In this document: positions 62,125-64,000 of the stretch, piece by piece
Numbering within the stretch: the first letter of the stretch is position 1
Layout: each line of letters starts with the position of its first letter
Origin: Nitrospinales bacterium
GTDB lineage: Bacteria > Nitrospinota > Nitrospinia > Nitrospinales > VA-1
Direction of reading: 5' to 3'
NCBI GenBank assembly: GCA_965223795.1
Contig: CBDCXL010000002.1
Span: forward strand, 2,208,001-2,272,000
DNA: 64,000 bases
Translations under genes and position numbers: made by a program
The notes under the pieces: model-generated
Told to the model about the DNA's origin: nothing
Database searches by the model: none
The model's input: the letters and a program-made list of their open reading frames with translations, nothing else

Positions 62125-62252
62125 GGGATCTTTGCAGAAGTTGTTTTCCCTGTCATGCTGAGCCTGTCGAAGCATCGTTCAGCACCCTTCGACAAGCTCA
62201 GGGTGACAACAGCTCTCAGTTTTTTGAATCGGCCAATTTCTGCAAAGAGTTT
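62125..62252. mobile_element. 128-bp nested-hairpin element (REP/MITE-like), copy 2
   Basis: Outer IR TCTTTGCAGAAGTTG/CAATTTCTGCAAAGA; inner arms identical to copy 1. Confidence 0.75.
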
Positions 62253-62396
62253 CCGCTGTGCTGTCACGGTTTTCTAATTCAATTATAAGGATATCCAAAT
62301 GCGGCCACAATTAAAATCAGAGAATATCACACGAAGAGAAGGGTGGGGGGATGCGGGGAGGGAACAGGGGGTACGGTGCGGATCGGGTTTGCGGAC

Positions 62397-62434
62397 AAAA
62401 AAAATCCCCCGGAAGCTCGGGGCTTCCGGGGGAT
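62397..62434 (-). terminator. Rho-independent terminator of porin gene
   Basis: ATCCCCCGGAAGC/GCTTCCGGGGGAT stem followed by a T run on the minus strand, just after the porin stop. Confidence 0.9.
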
Positions 62435-62447
62435 GGATCGATGTGAC

Positions 62448-63848
62448 TTAGAACTTCACGTCAAACTGGAGGTAGGCCCAGCTTGCGTTGTCCGGCCCTG
62501 CCGTGTTGACGAGGCTGAACAGGGACTCTTTCCAGAAGTTGGAGAACCCGGCGCTGATCGTGGTGTTGGCGTTGTACTTGTGCACCAGAGTCAGATCGAG
62601 TTCGTGGCCGAGAGCGGAGCTGTCGAAACGCGTGGCCGCGGAACCGGTCAGGTTCGGCGCTGCGTTCGGGCCTTCGGCCGTGGTGAAGTAATGCCAGTCT
62701 GCCTTGAATACCCAGTTGCTCCGGGGCTGAATGGAGGTCTTGATCGCGTAATCCACCAGGCCCAGGAAGTTGGTTGCGGCACCGTTGTTGTTCAGGAACA
62801 GGTCCATGAAGCCATAGAATTTATGGCCGGTGTCGAACAGGGTGTTGAAGGTGCTGAAATCGCCGTCCCGGATATCGTCTTCCGAGGTTCCGGAGAGGTA
62901 GTCGTACCAGAGGGTGACGCTCGGTTTCCACATCACGTTGGTGAACTTCTTGCCGACGCGAACGCCGAACATGTAGGCTTCACGATCGATGTCGGAGCCC
63001 GGTCCGGTGACGACGCCGTTCGCGCCGTAAGCACCGATGGAGGCCGCGATCGATTCCGCGCCGCCGAACTGGTAGTAGAACTCGCCGCGATAGTCGATGC
63101 CGAACAGCTGGCCTGCCTGACGCGCGCCGATGGTGTAGCTGTTGTTGTCCGAAGGACCGGCAGAGGGGCCGTTGGTTCCGGTCAATCCTGCTTCGTCATC
63201 AACCGCGACGAAGTAGAGAGACAGACCGCCGCCGAGGATACCCTGCAGGTTGGCCCACAGCAGGTAAACATCGACATCGTCCGGATCTGCCAGAGAGCCC
63301 TGACCACCGTCGTTGCCGCGGATGTAAACGGCCGCGAGGGTGTGGTTGCCGGCACTGTGGGTCAGGCGTACGGCGTCATGCGTCTGTGCGCCTTCCGTCC
63401 AGCCGGTGTTGCCGAACAGGCGGTGACCGTCGAGCACCACTTCCTGGCGTCCCAGTTTCAGGTCGGCGGGAAGGCCGAACAGATTCTTGTGGGTGAAATA
63501 CGCCTGGTGGATACCAACGGATGCGTCCGCGTCGTTGGCGGTGAAGGAAGCGTTGCCCGCACCCTGTTCCGCGCCGGCGCCGCCGATGTTGTTACCCCAG
63601 ACACGCGTGCTCTGCAACTGAATGAACGCGCTGGTGTCGGGCAGGATGTCCGCTTTCGCATGCAGACGGACGCGGGAGCTGATGAAGAAGTCCGCGGACG
63701 TGGAGTCGTTGAAATCACTTTGTTCGTTGATTTCGAAGCGAGGCCGGATCTGTCCGCCAAAATCGACGCTCGCTGCTTCCGCAATCGTGGTCCCGACAAA
63801 AAGCGCCGCGACCATTCCTGCTACTGCAGTCAATAAATTCTTTTTCAT
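62448..63848 (-). CDS. Alginate-export family outer-membrane beta-barrel porin
   Basis: GGAGG RBS, signal peptide, GQIRPRFE, LGRQE..DGHRLFG, TGHKFYGFMD, C-terminal YLQFDVKF. Confidence 0.88.
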   Translation of the reverse strand: MKKNLLTAVAGMVAALFVGTTIAEAASVDFGGQIRPRFEINEQSDFNDSTSADFFISSRVRLHAKADILPDTSAFIQLQSTRVWGNNIGGAGAEQGAGNASFTANDADASVGIHQAYFTHKNLFGLPADLKLGRQEVVLDGHRLFGNTGWTEGAQTHDAVRLTHSAGNHTLAAVYIRGNDGGQGSLADPDDVDVYLLWANLQGILGGGLSLYFVAVDDEAGLTGTNGPSAGPSDNNSYTIGARQAGQLFGIDYRGEFYYQFGGAESIAASIGAYGANGVVTGPGSDIDREAYMFGVRVGKKFTNVMWKPSVTLWYDYLSGTSEDDIRDGDFSTFNTLFDTGHKFYGFMDLFLNNNGAATNFLGLVDYAIKTSIQPRSNWVFKADWHYFTTAEGPNAAPNLTGSAATRFDSSALGHELDLTLVHKYNANTTISAGFSNFWKESLFSLVNTAGPDNASWAYLQFDVKF

Positions 63849-64000
63849 ACCTGTCTCCTCCAAGAATATGGTTCTACTTGTAAAACAATAAAAACGTTGA
63901 AAAAAACGTTTGTTATTCCGTTCCTTTTTTGTAGAAACCAAGCAGATAGAGGTAGCAATTTACATTGAAAGTATAAACCGCAACCTAGTTTAAATCAAGC

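Overview
GC-rich bacterial chromosomal window, mostly core and envelope genes; overall gene content suggests a Nitrospina-like (Nitrospinota) organism, but that is inference only. Housekeeping genes include PMM/PGM, HtrA, cysN/cysD, cysS, dCTP deaminase, scpB, rluB, mqnC, a cobA-hemD fusion, rsmA, pdxA, pckA and prfB with its programmed +1 frameshift. About 36.6-57.6 kb is a large surface-glycosylation region: several GT2 enzymes, three GT-C-like membrane proteins (one with TPRs), DUF2304, a flippase-like protein, a UDP-GlcNAc 2-epimerase, methyltransferases and a GT4 gene broken at a T9 tract. The window ends with hpnA plus a CruF-like gene, a PPIase and an alginate-export-family porin. I found no rRNA, tRNA, CRISPR array, transposase or prophage. 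Most notable observations: (1) a full-length tyrosine-recombinase gene that lacks the catalytic Tyr but keeps a good promoter; (2) two copies of a 128-bp nested-hairpin element with a compensatory change in the outer stem; (3) a candidate polyprenol-phosphate/GT-C glycosylation system with a possible phase-variable switch; (4) an 80-bp degenerate tandem repeat that creates a chain of coupled small ORFs upstream of a glyoxalase gene. All product names come from motif recognition by eye, not database searches.
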